A stretch of DNA of 64,000 bases from Octopus vulgaris (GCA_951406725.2 OX597842.1:4588001-4652000), one strand, 5' to 3'; positions 12,701 to 26,070 are shown, counted from the first letter of the stretch. Notes: a model not told the origin generated them from the sequence alone. Numbers and translations: made by a program.

Positions 12701-13945
12701 TTGTATTCTCTCAGTGTGACAGTCTGGACATATTGTACTCTCTCAGTTTGACAGTCTGGACATATTGTATTCTCTCAGTGTGACAGTCTGGACATATTGT
12801 ATTCTCTCAGTGTGACAGTCTGGACATATTGTACTCTCTCAGTGTGACAGTCTGGACATATTGTATTCTCTCAGTGTGACAGTCTGGACATATTGTATTC
12901 TCTCAGTGTGACAGTCTGGACATATTGTACTCTCAGTGTGGCAGTCTGGACATATTGTACTCTCTCAGTGTGACAGTCTGGACATATTGTATTCTCTCAG
13001 TGTGACAGTCTGGACATATTGTATTCTCTCAGTGTGACAGTCTGGACATATTGTACTCTCTCAGTTTGACAGTCTGGACATATTGTATTCTCTCAGTGTG
13101 ACAGTCTGGACATATTGTACTCTCTCAGTGTGGCAGTCTGGACATATTGTACTCTCTCAGTGTGACAGTCTGGACATATTGTATTCTCTCAGTGTGACAG
13201 TCTGGACATATTGTATTCTCTCAGTGTGACAGTCTGGACATATTGTATTCTCTCAGTGTGACAGTCTGGACATATTGTACTCTCTCAGTTTGACAGTCTG
13301 GACATATTGTATTCTCTCAGTGTGACAGTCTGGACATATTGTATTCTCTCAGTGTGACAGTCTGGACATATTGTACTCTCTCAGTGTGACAGTCTGGACA
13401 TATTGTATTCTCTCAGTGTGACAGTCTGGACATATTGTATTCTCTCAGTGTGACAGTCTGGACATATTGTACTCTCTCAGTGTGGCAGTCTGGACATATT
13501 GTACTCTCTCAGTGTGACAGTCTGGACATATTGTATTCTCTCAGTGTGACAGTCTGGACATATTGTATTCTCTCAGTGTGACAGTCTGGACATATTGTAC
13601 TCTCTCAGTTTGACAGTCTGGACATATTGTATTCTCTCAGTGTGACAGTCTGGACATATTGTACTCTCTCAGTGTGGCAGTCTGGACATATTGTACTCTC
13701 TCAGTGTGACAGTCTGGACATATTGTATTCTCTCAGTGTGACAGTCTGGACATATTGTATTCTCTCAGTGTGACAGTCTGGACATATTGTACTCTCTCAG
13801 TGTGACAGTCTGGACATATTGTACTCTCTCAGTGTGACAGTCTGGACATATTGTACTCTCTCAGTTTGACAGTCTGGACATATTGTATTCTCTCAGTTTG
13901 ACAGTCTGGACATATTGTACTCTCTCAGTGTGATGGTCTGGACAT
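6747..13945. repeat. 32-bp minisatellite, about 225 copies, in the unc5 intron
   Basis: Unit CAGTGTGACAGTCTGGACATATTGTA(T/C)TCTCT, period 32; a few orphan units at 6259-6410. Confidence 0.98.
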
Positions 13946-14113
13946 AGACTCTCTTCGCTGTTTGGTTGATTTCTGTATTCCTGAAGATGCTGTATACTCC
14001 AACATGCAGTGATATTGTAGGGGTCAACAGTCTTACAATAACTTTCTCCTCCATCTCTCTCCTTAAAGGAGCTTTTTTTACAGTCCTGCCTTCTTCTCCA
14101 AGTCATGCAAAAT

Positions 14114-14149
<36 letters not shown>

Positions 14150-14235
14150 CTCTTTGTCTTCCTCCCTCTCAATCCCTCTCTCACACGCACATACACACAC
14201 ACACTCTCTAACTCTTTCTTTCTTCCACACAACAG

Positions 14236-14382
14236 GGTGTCATCCAAGTTGAGAGGAAGCTAGGTGGGCGCCTCCTCGACAAACCAAAACAGATTCCATT
14301 CCAAGATGGCGGAAATAACCTGTGTCTTACTATTGAAGAACTTTCCTCTGGATGGAGAAGTAAATTAGCTGCTAATTACCAG
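14236..14382 (+). CDS. unc5: UNC-5 exon, UPA domain (GVIQVERKLGGRLLDKPK...WRSKLAANYQ)
   Basis: caacag| acceptor, |gtgagt donor, 49 codons. Confidence 0.95.
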
Positions 14383-15409
14383 GTGAGTTAATTACTTTCC
14401 CCACTGCTCCCCCTCTTCACCTCACCTCACCCTTTACTTTGTGATGGTGGAGATTTCTGGTGTTTTGTTTACATAAATTATTCTCTACTTAATTGTTGTT
14501 GTTTAGCCCCAGGTCAGTCCTGATCAAGTAGATTTATGATCAAGGATCTTCCAGCTCTGATGATCCCATCTTTTATTTAAGCATCTATCGAGTGAGTTCG
14601 TTGCCAGTACCGCCTGACTGGCCCCATGCCGGTGGCACGTAAAAGCACCCACTACACTCTCGGAGTGGTTGGCATTAGGAAGGGCTGTAGAAACTCTGCC
14701 AGATCAAGATTGGAGCCTGGTGCAGCCATCTGGTTCGCCAGCCCTCAGTCAAATCGTCCAACCCATGCTAGCATGGAAAGCGAACGTTAAACGACGATGA
14801 TGATGATGATGATCTTGGACTACATCATCTAATGTATAGTAATTGGTATTAGTGGCTATAATTGTTGTTGTTGAGTTTCCATGAGACCCTTCCTAAGTCT
14901 ACCTTGTCTACAGGTTCCCTCCACAACGAAGAGATCAGCACTTCTTTATGCAGCTGTCCTCATCCATATGCATCATGTGACCAAACCAGTGCAGTCTTCC
15001 CTTGCATATTACTGCTGATGCTGCTTATACCCAAGTTTTCTCTAAAGGCACTTCCTGTTTGTATATGTACATCATCATCATCATTTAATGTCCCTTGTCC
15101 ATGCTGGCATGGGTTGGAAAATTTGACAGGAGCTGGCTAGCTGAAGAGCTGCCCTGACTCCATATGTTTTGGCATGGTTTCTACGACTGGATGCCCTTTC
15201 TAATACCAATCACTTTACAGAGTGTACTGGAAGCATTTGCACAACACCTGCACAGGTGTGTTTATGTGGTACCAGCACCCGTGAGCCCACAAGATTAGGA
15301 TCACTCAGCTGAAGAGGGACGTAGAGGACATACCTGCATGCAAGGAGAGCCTTGATTTTACTTTACTTGAAGTATCTTCTCAAGCACAACAAACTGTTTG
15401 TTCCTTCTC

Positions 15410-15700
15410 GAGCCACGCCTGGCTCAAAAGGGCCGGTTTCCCGGTTTCCTTGGCGTATAGGTTCCCCACCTGGACGGGACGCCAGTCCGTCGCAGGTGAG
15501 CTGCAAGATGCAGGAGGAAAGAGTGAGAGAAAGTTGTGGCAAAAGAGTCAGCAGAAGTTTGCCATTACCTTCTGCCAGAGCCACATGGAGCTTAGGTGTT
15601 TTCGCTCATAAACACACACATCACCCGGTTTGAGATTCGAACTCACAATCCCTCGACCACGAGACCGCTGCTCTAACCACTAGGCCATGTGCCTCCACAC
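15410..15700 (-). mobile_element. tRNA-derived SINE (related to the copy at 22652-22890)
   Basis: Minus strand begins ggaggcacatggcctagtggttagagcagcgg (A box) with gttcgaatc (B box). Confidence 0.7.
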
Positions 15701-16181
15701 AACAAACAGTTGAAAATCTTGGTCCCATGTCATCCCCTCTGTGAGGCCCAACATCTGAAGATCCTTTCTCACCACTTCGTCCCACATCTTCCTGGGTCTA
15801 CCCTTTGTCTTATACTCTGAATTGAAATTCTTTTAAATGATATTTGGATTAACCTGTCATACACGAAGAATTACCTGGAATTCTGATTGTTTGATATAAT
15901 TAACCAAATTCCTAACACTGAGTTCTTTATAGGTATCTGCCTGGATTTCTTAATCCCTTTTACTTCTACGTTCTGAGTTCAAATTCCGCTGAGGTCGACT
16001 TTGCCTTTCATCCTTTCAGGGTTGATAAATAAAGTACCAGTTACGCACTGGGGTTGATGTAATCGACTTAATTCCTTTGTCTGTCCTTGTTTGTCCCCTC
16101 TATGTTTAGCCCCTTGTGGGCAATAAAGAAATATATATAATAACGTATGTATCATGCTCTTCCTATTTACCATTCCAACAG

Positions 16182-16352
16182 GAAATTCCGTTCCGCCATA
16201 TCTGGAGTGGTAACCAGAACAACCTCCACTGCTCGTTCTCCCTGGAACTCCTCGACAGATCCCAACACAAGATCAGTTGTAAGATCCAAGTTTACCAGAA
16301 AGCTATTCTCAGTAACAGGCAACTTCTTCATGTTTTCACAAATCTCAAAGAC
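16182..16352 (+). CDS. unc5: UNC-5 exon, UPA domain (EIPFRHIWSGNQNNLHCSFSLE...TNLKD)
   Basis: caacag| acceptor, |gtaagt donor, 57 codons. Confidence 0.96.
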
Positions 16353-17331
16353 GTAAGTACTCTGCAAACCATTTTGTCTTCTTCTTCCTCATCTGATTGT
16401 TGTTGTTGATGTTGTTTAGCCCAGGGCCAGTCCCCCACTTCAATCCTTTGGTTCAGAGACATTCGGTCTTTAACCACGTGTCTTTGTGATCCTGTTGTTA
16501 TTCAAATCGTTGAGTGTGACCCAAGGCAGATTTAGCTATTTTTAGCATGTTCTGCAACAACATAGTTTGTTATTGTTGTTTAGCTCTCCAGAGGCACCTC
16601 TTCCCCCACCTCATTACTTTGAGCAGTGACCTTAGGGTCAAAGGCATTCAATCTATAATCATATGCCTTTGTAATTTGTAGTTTTCATATTTGGGAATAT
16701 TTGGGTGTTATCTGAGGCAAATTTAGCTGTTTTTTCTAGCATGTTCAACAACGTCATAGCTCGTTGTTGTTGTTGTTGTTGCTGCTGTTGTTGTTGTTTT
16801 TGTTGTTGCTGCTGCTGTTGAGCTCCAGGGCTACCCTGTAAGAGTAAACATTCTATCTGTGGCAATCCCTCTTCGTTTCAGATACAGGATATAAAAGTTT
16901 TCCATTCTTGCGAATGATTCGGCATGAAGTGGACTGCTAGCAGAATACACAAAAACGTAAAGAACTGTTATTGCTGCTGGCACAAGAATTAAGTGAAGAA
17001 TGGGATAAAATAAGATTCTTTACAGTATTTAGTCAATGAAGATGTTTAATGGAATGAGTATTTTCTCCAAATCCAACTTTACTTTACTTTCATCTGTCTG
17101 GCATCGATTAAATAAAGTAGCAGTGAAATGCTGGGGAAGATTTAATATTCCTATTAAACATCCAAGATGTCAATGGAATTATAAAAGAAGACTAATACTC
17201 ACTTTACCTTTCATCCTTTCAGGATTGATAAAATCAAGTGCTAGTCAAGTGCTGGAGGTCAAAGGTGTCAATTAACCCCCTTCCTTAAAATGATGAAAAT
17301 GTGCTTAACCATTATTATTATTATTATTATT

Positions 17332-19940
17332 TTAGTTTAGCTCAGGTTTGGTCTCATTCCTGGTGGGAATTATGTGACTAGCAGGTTACTACCTGTAACC
17401 TTAGGTATCCACAAGTTTTCAGCAGTCTTCCAAGTGTTTAGAACCCTTCTGATAATCAATCCTTGCTCTCCCTAAGAGACAAGCTTTCTGTAGGAGCTCT
17501 ACCAGGCATTCTATTTCAATCTCCTTCAACTATTTGTCTATATCTTGGTTTACTGTTCCCAACACACCAATTACTACAGGTATAACCTTTGCTGTTCACA
17601 TGCTCCAAATTCTCCCTATTTCAAACTTTAAGGGATTGTATTTTCTTTGTTTTTCTTCCTCTTTCTTTATGATCCTGGAATCAAATGGGCACAAGGGGTC
17701 GATAATTAAGCAACTTTGCTTTTCTTTACCTATAATTGTTATGTCTGGTCTATTATTTTCTAACTTCTTGTCCATTTCAATAGCAAAGACCCACCAAAAT
17801 CTTATATTTCTTCAGTTCCAGTACTCATTCAACTCAAAGAGGCTACCATATGTTTCCAGCTTCAAATCCCCATTTCTGGCACAGTTTCCAGTGTAAAACA
17901 TTTACAACCTGGTCATGCCTCCGTTTCTTATATTCTTCCTGTGCCAACTTGGGGTATTCTTCCACAATGTGTGCCACTGTCTCATTCCAAGTTCCACAGA
18001 CTCTACATTTTTCTGAAACATTCTCTTCGTATTTTTTCTCAAGTTGTTTGTTTTTATTGCTTGATCTTGGGCTGCTACAATTAGGCTTTCTGTTTTTTTG
18101 TTTTTTTTAATCACCCCTTTTTTAACCAAGCCCAGGATTTTGTTCCACATACGTCTTCAGTGATTCTCCAGAATTGGCCCTTCACAGGTTTCTCTTTGAT
18201 CTCCCTGATGTGCTCTCTTTGTATTTCGTTCTTGTCCTTTTCTCCTTATTAAGTGCTCCATCACCTGTCTTTGGTGGTTTCTGTTTTCATTAACTGTCTT
18301 TAGTATTATTTCTGTGCTGCTCTGTAAATACTCTACTAAACTCTTTCTTTCCATCTGTACACATTCCTCTACTGCTATTAACTCTCTTCCACCCTCGTCT
18401 CTCTTCAAGTACAGCCAGTTGATATCAGCTTTCAGATGGTGGGTTCCATACATTGTCGACAACTTCCTAATTTTTCTGTCAAGTTTCTTCATATATCATT
18501 TCTGGTCCAGTCTTTAATTCCAACACCATATCTATTAAGGGTAGTACTGCTCTTGAATTTATTGCTTCAATAAAATTTTTGGACTTCAGCTTTCATTGCA
18601 ATAATTTCCTGACTCTCCTAATGTATTCTCTGCTGGTAATTTGTTTCATTTCTTCATTTTTATTTCGTCTGCTTCCAGTATTCCCAAGTACTTATACCAT
18701 TGTCCTTTTTTGACTGATCTCATTGTTTGCCCATTTTGGCATTTCAATTCCCTCGTTTCTTTCAAGTCTCCTAGTTTCATTTTCAATATATTGCACTTTC
18801 CTATTCCAAATTCCATTCCTACATCATTTGAGAAATTGTGGACAGCATGGACAAGATTTTTAAGCTGTTTCTTACTTTTCACATAAACCTTTATACCATG
18901 CATGAAAAGGAGATGATTTATCTGACCATTTCCTTTTCCCAAATCATATGCAATTTCAACATTTTGTAGTATCATAGTGAGTGGTATGAAGACCAATATG
19001 AATAGCAATGGAGATAAGCTTTCTCCTTGGAATATTCCGTGTCTGATGTTCACTTTTCTGAGTCTTTGTTTTCCTTTGATCAATTCAGTATTCCAATATT
19101 TCATACTTTCTTTAAGCATTTTCTCTGTGTTCCTTACTATTCCAAACATGCTCGTTGTTCTGCTCATCCATCTGTGTGGTACCATGTCATATGCATTTTG
19201 TAATCCAGCCATGCTACCTCCAGTCCCGTCAATCTGCATCTGCAATCTCTATCATTTTATCGACTAATAAGTGTTCTCTTGTTGCCCTGCTTTGTTTTCT
19301 GCATCCTTTCTGTTCTTCTAGGAGTAGAGTGTTACTTTCCAGATGGTTGTATAACTCTTCCACCAAGACACCAGCCATAAGCTTCCACATAAGTGGTAAA
19401 CAGGTTATAGGTCAAAACTTTGATGCCAAGTTCCCTTTCAAAGGATCCTTGAGGCATAGTAGCATTCATGCAGGCAGGGGCATGACCTTGCTGCAAGCAG
19501 TCTTCCAGTTGCATAATGATCCTTTCATGAAAATGTTGTAAAGTTCTTCAGCCAAATAGCCTTGTACTCCATCTGAACGTAGGCCTTTCCAATTTGCTAT
19601 TTTTTAAAACTTCTGTCTCATCATATGTAGATTAATTCTGACGCCCTTTTGTCTTGGCACTGTTGCAAGTTGTCTTTCCAACTTTTGTCAGCCACTTCAC
19701 TCTTTCTTTATGTCTCGCTGACCTGTTCCACAGCTTTCCCCAAAATTCTTTACTTTCATCAACATCTAGAATCAGTTCCTGGTATTGGCCTCCCTCTATT
19801 TCCTCAAATAGATGCCTTCTATTCTGTTTAAAACCTTTGCATTTGGCTTCATATCTTTCCAATTTGGCCTTTAATGTTGTAACCTTTTGTATCAATTCTT
19901 CATGTACTGTTTGGTTCCCCCTTTCTTTTAACCTGCACTG
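17332..19940 (-). mobile_element. 5'-truncated, frameshifted R4/Dong-like LINE (RT plus restriction-like endonuclease)
   Basis: Track ORFs give AYDMVPH, GIFQGESLSPLLF, NHLLFMH..KVY, MEFGIGKC, YKYLGILE, LYLKRDEGGR, AAQDQAIKT; the 3' end runs into (TAA)n at 17311-17331. Confidence 0.92.
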
Positions 19941-21726
19941 TCCACTGAGTTCAAATTCCACCAAGGTCATCTTTGCCTTTCATCCTTTCGGGGTCGATAA
20001 ATTAAGTACCAGTGAAACACTGGGGTTGATGTTATCGACTAGTCCCCTCCCCCCAAATTTCAGACCTTGTGCCTGTAGTAGAAAGGATTATTATTATTAT
20101 TATTGATAGACATCAGAAAAATTCCTTGTAGTAATCTTCCAATTCTTTACCTTCTGAGTTCAAATCCCACAAGTTAGCTTTACTTTCCACTCTTCTAGAG
20201 TTGATAAAACACCCTTCAATTAATAAGCTCAGTGTTACCGACTAAGCCCCTTCAGGCCTTATATCAACGCTGGAAACAGTTGCTGTTGTTTTATAATTGT
20301 TGTTGTTTTATTATCACTTTGTTGCTGTTGTTGTCATGATTGTGGTTGTCAAATTTCACTTTGAAAAATAATCAAAAAGTGTGGAGAGAAGGTTCTTCCT
20401 CCTAGCAAAATACTTTGCATCGTGGATGAGAGTGGCAAGCATGATCCCAGGGAACAGGCTTTTGGGAGGTCTTGACCCCCACCTTGTGGAGAATTTTTAT
20501 GAATTTTTTTTTTTACCTAATTTTGTCTTTGCTATTTCCTTTATGTATACAATTTTTTTTAATGTAATCACACAGTGTATTGTCCTGTACTGGCCATGAT
20601 CTGTTTTGTAAACCCTAGGCTAATGAAGAAGGCATTATTATTTTTATTATAATTGTATTATTATTGTATTATTATTATTATTATTGGGGTCAATGTAATC
20701 AACTTTCCCCACCCCCTCGAACTTGTGGCCAAAATTTGAAACTGAAACTTTATGTTCTAAGTTCAAATTCTGCTGAGGTTGACTTTGCCTTTCATTCCTT
20801 CAGGGTCAATGAAATAAGTACCAGTTGTGTACTGGGGTCGATGTAATCAAATTAACCCCCTCCTCCTCCTAAATTTCAGACCTTGTGCCTATAGTAGAAA
20901 TAATTTCTATACTATTATTGAGTGAGACAACAGTGCATGTCATCAACGTGATACTGAGGCCCAGTGTACCCATCATGACAACCCGTCTGATAAGGGTACA
21001 CCAGGCACATGCATCACAAACATATGTGCACAACATGATAATCTCATATCAGGTTAAACAGCATATGATCTTGCAGGTGGGGCCCAGTTAAAATTTTTTC
21101 AGGCCGAGTAGCTCATTCTGTTCCTGAAAAAAGGGTTGATTAAGGATGATGAACAAAACACCCATGTTTCCAGAGGTGAATTATTCAAACCTCAAAGAAT
21201 CCCTCTCAACACATGGGTATTGTAGTGTGATGGATGAAGAGGACAACAGAAGGAGAAGGAGAAGAAATACAAACAGGTCTTACCTCAGCGAAGATCGGGT
21301 CTCTTACAAACTCAACACGTCCTTTCGCTTCCTCGTCTATGCTCGAACTGCCCGCTTCCTCGATTACCACACGTGCGTCCCGCTTGACCGCTTCCACTGC
21401 CCCGCGCACATGCACCCTCCAGTCTTTCACCAGCCCCTGCAAGCCCTACTTCCGCCCTCCACATCTGTCATCCTTTCCACCGACACCACAGCTATGATGC
21501 TCCTCCACTATTTCTGCTCGTGATCAGAGATGCACATATCGTCAGCCCCCAAGGGACATGCTCAACTGGTTACGGTCAAACAACTGCACAAGCAAATCTG
21601 TGGTATTGAGCAGAATATTTGCTGTAGCCCATCTTTTATACCAAGACAAAACAATGTACATGATAACACTTCCAATCAGTTAAGATCAGAAGCCATGAGA
21701 GACAGTGCCTGGTATTGTATTAGGGC

Positions 21727-21729
<3 letters not shown>

Positions 21730-21783
<54 letters not shown>

Positions 21784-21882
21784 TATTATTATTATTATTA
21801 ATATTATCCTTATTATTATCATTATTACTATTATTATTATTATTATTACTATCATTATTATTATTATTACTATTATTATTAC

Positions 21883-21921
<39 letters not shown>

Positions 21922-21950
21922 CATTATTATTATTATTATTATCATTATTA
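21730..21950. repeat. (ATT)n microsatellite
   Basis: Direct reading; source of the poly-I/L/N ORFs. Confidence 0.95.
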
Positions 21951-22123
21951 CCACCAAGGCAGTGAGCTGGTAGAATCATTAGCATGCCAGGCATTTTGTT
22001 CATTTTTAGATTGTGAGTTCAAATTCTACCAATGTCAGCAAGTACCAGTCAAGCACTGGGATCAATGTGATCGATTACACCCTCCCCTCAAAATTTCAGG
22101 CCTTGTACCTATAATAGTAGGGA

Positions 22124-22178
<55 letters not shown>

Positions 22179-22651
22179 TGGGAAGTTGATCAGAATTCTT
22201 TCTGATTTATACAGTAATACCTCCCCAACAGCATTTTGTTAAAACCTGACAGATCCAACCTTTGACATGTCTGACCACAGCCAACATCTTCCTAGAAAAG
22301 AGAAAGAAAAAGACAAGATGGAGGGGGAATAGGGAGGAGTGCAAGAGAAAATATAAGTGAAGAGAATGTAAGAGAGAGAGAGAGAGAGAGAAGAATTGGA
22401 GAAATGCTGGACTGGTACTTTAACAGCTCCTTCAATGACCAGGATTTGAACTCAACATCTGACGATCAAAATGAGCATCACAAAGCATTCTTTATCCAAT
22501 GTTGTTTATATAGACATAAATGTCATAACTTTTAGTGCTGACTTTGAAATTTATAGAAAATCTGTGAAGAATCTGAAAAATAAAAACATCACACTGCTAA
22601 CACAAGAGCAAGGCACGTTAATGATTTGTAAACCATTAATATACTTGGTGT

Positions 22652-22890
22652 GGAGGCGCAATGACCCAGTGGTTAGGGCAGCGGACTCTCGGTCAGAGGA
22701 TCGTGTTTTGATTCCCAGACCGGGCGTTGTGTTTATTGAGTGAAAACACCTAAAGCTCCATGAGGCTCTGACAGGGGTTGGTGGCGACCCCTGTTGTACT
22801 CTTTCGCCACAACTATCTCTCACTCTCTCTTCCTGTTTCTTGAGTAATGGGAGAAACTGAGAAACCGGGCCCATGAGCCTGGCTGTCTCA
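22652..22890 (+). mobile_element. tRNA-derived SINE
   Basis: ggaggcgcaatgacccagtggttagggcagcggactc head with A box and degenerate B box (gttttgattccc). Confidence 0.7.
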
Positions 22891-23147
22891 CACATCTACA
22901 TAGCGATTTGGAAAACTGAAATAAGCAGAGGTACCTCAAGCAGACACAGCTTGGTTTTTTAACCCTAGCTACACAATGTGTTTGTATTTCAATTCTTTTT
23001 GTTAAGGGGTTCATTTTTTTTGTTTTAATCCTTTCTGTCGAAGAGTGTTGGCTCAAAACACCAAACACTTTCCATTCTTCCCGAGCTTTAAAGTAATACA
23101 CCTGTTTATAGTTCCGTCATCTGTCTTTGTATTTTGTTTTCTATTCG

Positions 23148-23187
<40 letters not shown>

Positions 23188-23960
23188 TCATCATCGTTTA
23201 ACGTCCGTTCTCCATGCTAGCACCTATATATATATATATATATAGGTGTGTGTTCACTGTCATCATCATCACCATTTTGCATCCATTTTCTTTGCCGCCA
23301 TTTATTGGATAGGTTGTCAAGATCCAAGTCCTTATTTGAAGCCACCACCCCCATAGAAAGGTCAAAAGACCATGTATCATTTAAATATTTTTCTTTTTTT
23401 GGCTTTGCTTCGATGACTAAATATGTCTCCTTCCACCCAAACCTTTGCTGAATACTGTTTACTGTGGCACCAGCACTAAAGGAGTTGTCATGTCCTTGAC
23501 GAGATAGAAATAAAAGGATTTCTTCACTTATTGCTTTCACTAACCACTTTACAAAATCTCTAGGAAACATGCCTGGTGTTTGGTATGATAAAGACGAAGT
23601 CACATCTGAGATGTGACCATTTTCAATGTACAGGAAAAGGCATTTGGTAGGAATTCTAAGTAAAGTCTAAGATACCATGTGCATCTGCATGAGACCAGTG
23701 GAATTAAACAATATCATCAACATTTTAATGTTGATTTTCTCATACTTGCATGGATGATATGAAATATTTATTGAGGCAGATTTTCCATAGCAGGATGCTG
23801 TTTCCATTTCCAAGCAAGCTAACATTTCGATATTTCCATTCAAACAGCACAATTGTCACCAGGCATGATTTTGTGGAAGACTGCAAAACAAATGACACTG
23901 CTTGCATGACAGTGGAACTCGTTTACAACTGATATGCAATGCTAAGACAAAGAAACACGA

Positions 23961-24001
<41 letters not shown>

Positions 24002-24462
24002 CACACACACACACATATATGCACACACAATGGGCTTCTTTGAGTTTTCATTAACTAAATCCACTCACAAGACTTTGGTTGACTTGGTTATAGTAGAAGA
24101 CATTTGTCCAAGGTTTCATACAGAGGGACAAAACCTGAAACCACAAAAATATGAAAAAAATGATGAAAAACAGAGAAAGAAAAAATGTGTAGAGATTAAC
24201 AATTCAACATGATGAAATGGCCAGAAGAAAGAGGCTGTTGCTACTACCATCATCATCATCATCATCGTTTAACGTCTGTTTTCCATGCTGGCATGGGTTG
24301 GATGATTTGACAGAGGACTGGCGAACTAGATGGCTGCACCAGGCTCCAATCTTGATCTGGCAGAGTTTCTACAGCTGGATGCCCTTCCTAACACCAACCA
24401 CTCCAAGAGTGTAGTGGGGACTTTTACATGCCATATAGTAGCAACAGAGATAGTATGGCACA

Positions 24463-24830
24463 TGAGTGGCTGTGTGGTACATAGCTTGCTTACCAACCAC
24501 ATGGTTCTGGGTTCAGTCCCACTGCATGGCACCTTGGGCAAGTGTCTTCTATTATAGCCTCGGGCCGACCAAAGACTTGTGAGTGGATTTGGTAGACAGA
24601 AACTGAAAGAAGCCCATCATATATAAGTATACATGTGTGTGCATGTTTGTTTGTGTGTCTGTGTTTGTCCCCCTAGCATTGCTTGACAACCGATGGTGGT
24701 GTGTTTATGTCCTCGTAACTTAGCGGTTCGGCAAAAGATACCGATAGAATAAGTACTGGGCTTACAAAGAATAAGTCCCGGGGTCGAGTTGCTTGACTAA
24801 AGGCGGTACTCCAGCATGGCTACAGTCAAG
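24463..24830 (+). mobile_element. tRNA-derived SINE family 2 (other copies ~5915-6255, 26545-26935, 33927-34310, 38657-38990, 45483-45895, and 36130-36400 on the minus strand)
   Basis: Shared gagtggctgtgtggt...ggttcagtcccactg..tggcaccttgggcaagtg head, internal (TG)n, tail ggcggt.ctccagcatggc. Confidence 0.85.
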
Positions 24831-24956
24831 AGAGTATTAGTACCAAGAAGTGATATTTTAAATGTTGATATTCTGTCAGAAAATATGTAATAGTGACAAG
24901 CAATAGCAGCATAGCTTCTTCTAAAAGAACATCCATATTTAAGTGGGCATAACCCA

Positions 24957-25077
<121 letters not shown>

Positions 25078-25083
25078 ATATAG

Positions 25084-26070
25084 AAAATCATTGATTAGAG
25101 AACAAATATCAAATTTGGGCCAACTTTATAATAACCCCATGCTTCAATCCATTTCATCATATACAAATAATACCATGGCCTTCAACAGATAAAAGAAATA
25201 TATATATATATATATAAACACAGAAGGTAAAAAATATATATATGCACATATAAAAAAAATACAAAACTATATAGAAGGACCTGTCTGGAAAAATGTATAT
25301 AAAAATCAACTAAAGTAGGTGATTAAAAAGAATTACTAAAACATATCAGTTGACTAAAAAATTTTACCCATCAATTAAAAATATATCAAAATAGTCAGTC
25401 CTTAAAAGACTGAAGCAATCCATAGTAGGTCCGGTATCCAAGGAGTGTAAGAGAGTCCCAAAAAAAGGGTAAGTCAAAATCCACACCTGTGGCCATTTCA
25501 GGAGTTCATTGTCACAGTCCAGTTGCAAGCTGAAGCACATCTTGACAATGATTCCCTCATCAGGACAAACAGAAATCTCTAGGAATTTCACATTCAAGTA
25601 GTTCACAAGAATTACAATACCGGTGTAATTCTTATTTATGACATATAACCTTTAGCAGGACCATTCCGAAATTCCTAACTAAAAAATATAAGTTTTCTTT
25701 TACTTTTCAGAAAGTATATAAAAGTAAGGCTAGATGTGGTAGATAATATTTAGTTTGCTTACTGAGTTTCAAAACTGGGCAGAAAAATTCCTATAAATAG
25801 CAATGACCAACCTGGGAGCCATAAAGTAAAATAATTTTCTTTTATAGTGTTTTTATATTTTTATGTATTTTTTAGTTGGGAATTTCTTTTATATATTTTT
25901 TGTATTTTTTATACGTGCATATATATATTTTTAACTCCAGTGTTTATATATATATTTCTTTTATCTGTTGAAGGTCATGGTATTATTTGTATATGATGAA
26001 ATGGATAGAAGCGTGGGGTTATATGAAGTTGACCTGAATTAGATGTTTGTTCTTTAATCAATGATTTTTG
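25084..26070. repeat. ~185-bp inverted repeats (25084-25267 and ~25890-26070) around a ~620-bp core with a decayed hammerhead; probable Penelope-type or MITE remnant
   Basis: aaaatcattgatta...ccatggccttcaacagataaaagaaatata mirrors tatatttcttttatctgttgaaggtcatgg...taatcaatgatttt. Confidence 0.75.

Noticed and set aside
6747-13945. CRISPR array (32-bp repeats)
   Set aside because: Units are contiguous with no unique spacers, there are no cas genes, and the context is a eukaryotic intron.
13861-14106. Minus-strand ORF leading into the 32-bp array
   Set aside because: No recognisable domain or splice context; at most a decayed retroelement fragment.
16167-16367. Minus-strand ORF that looks like an exon (STYVFEICENMKK...)
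   Set aside because: It is the antisense shadow of the UNC-5 exon at 16182-16352.
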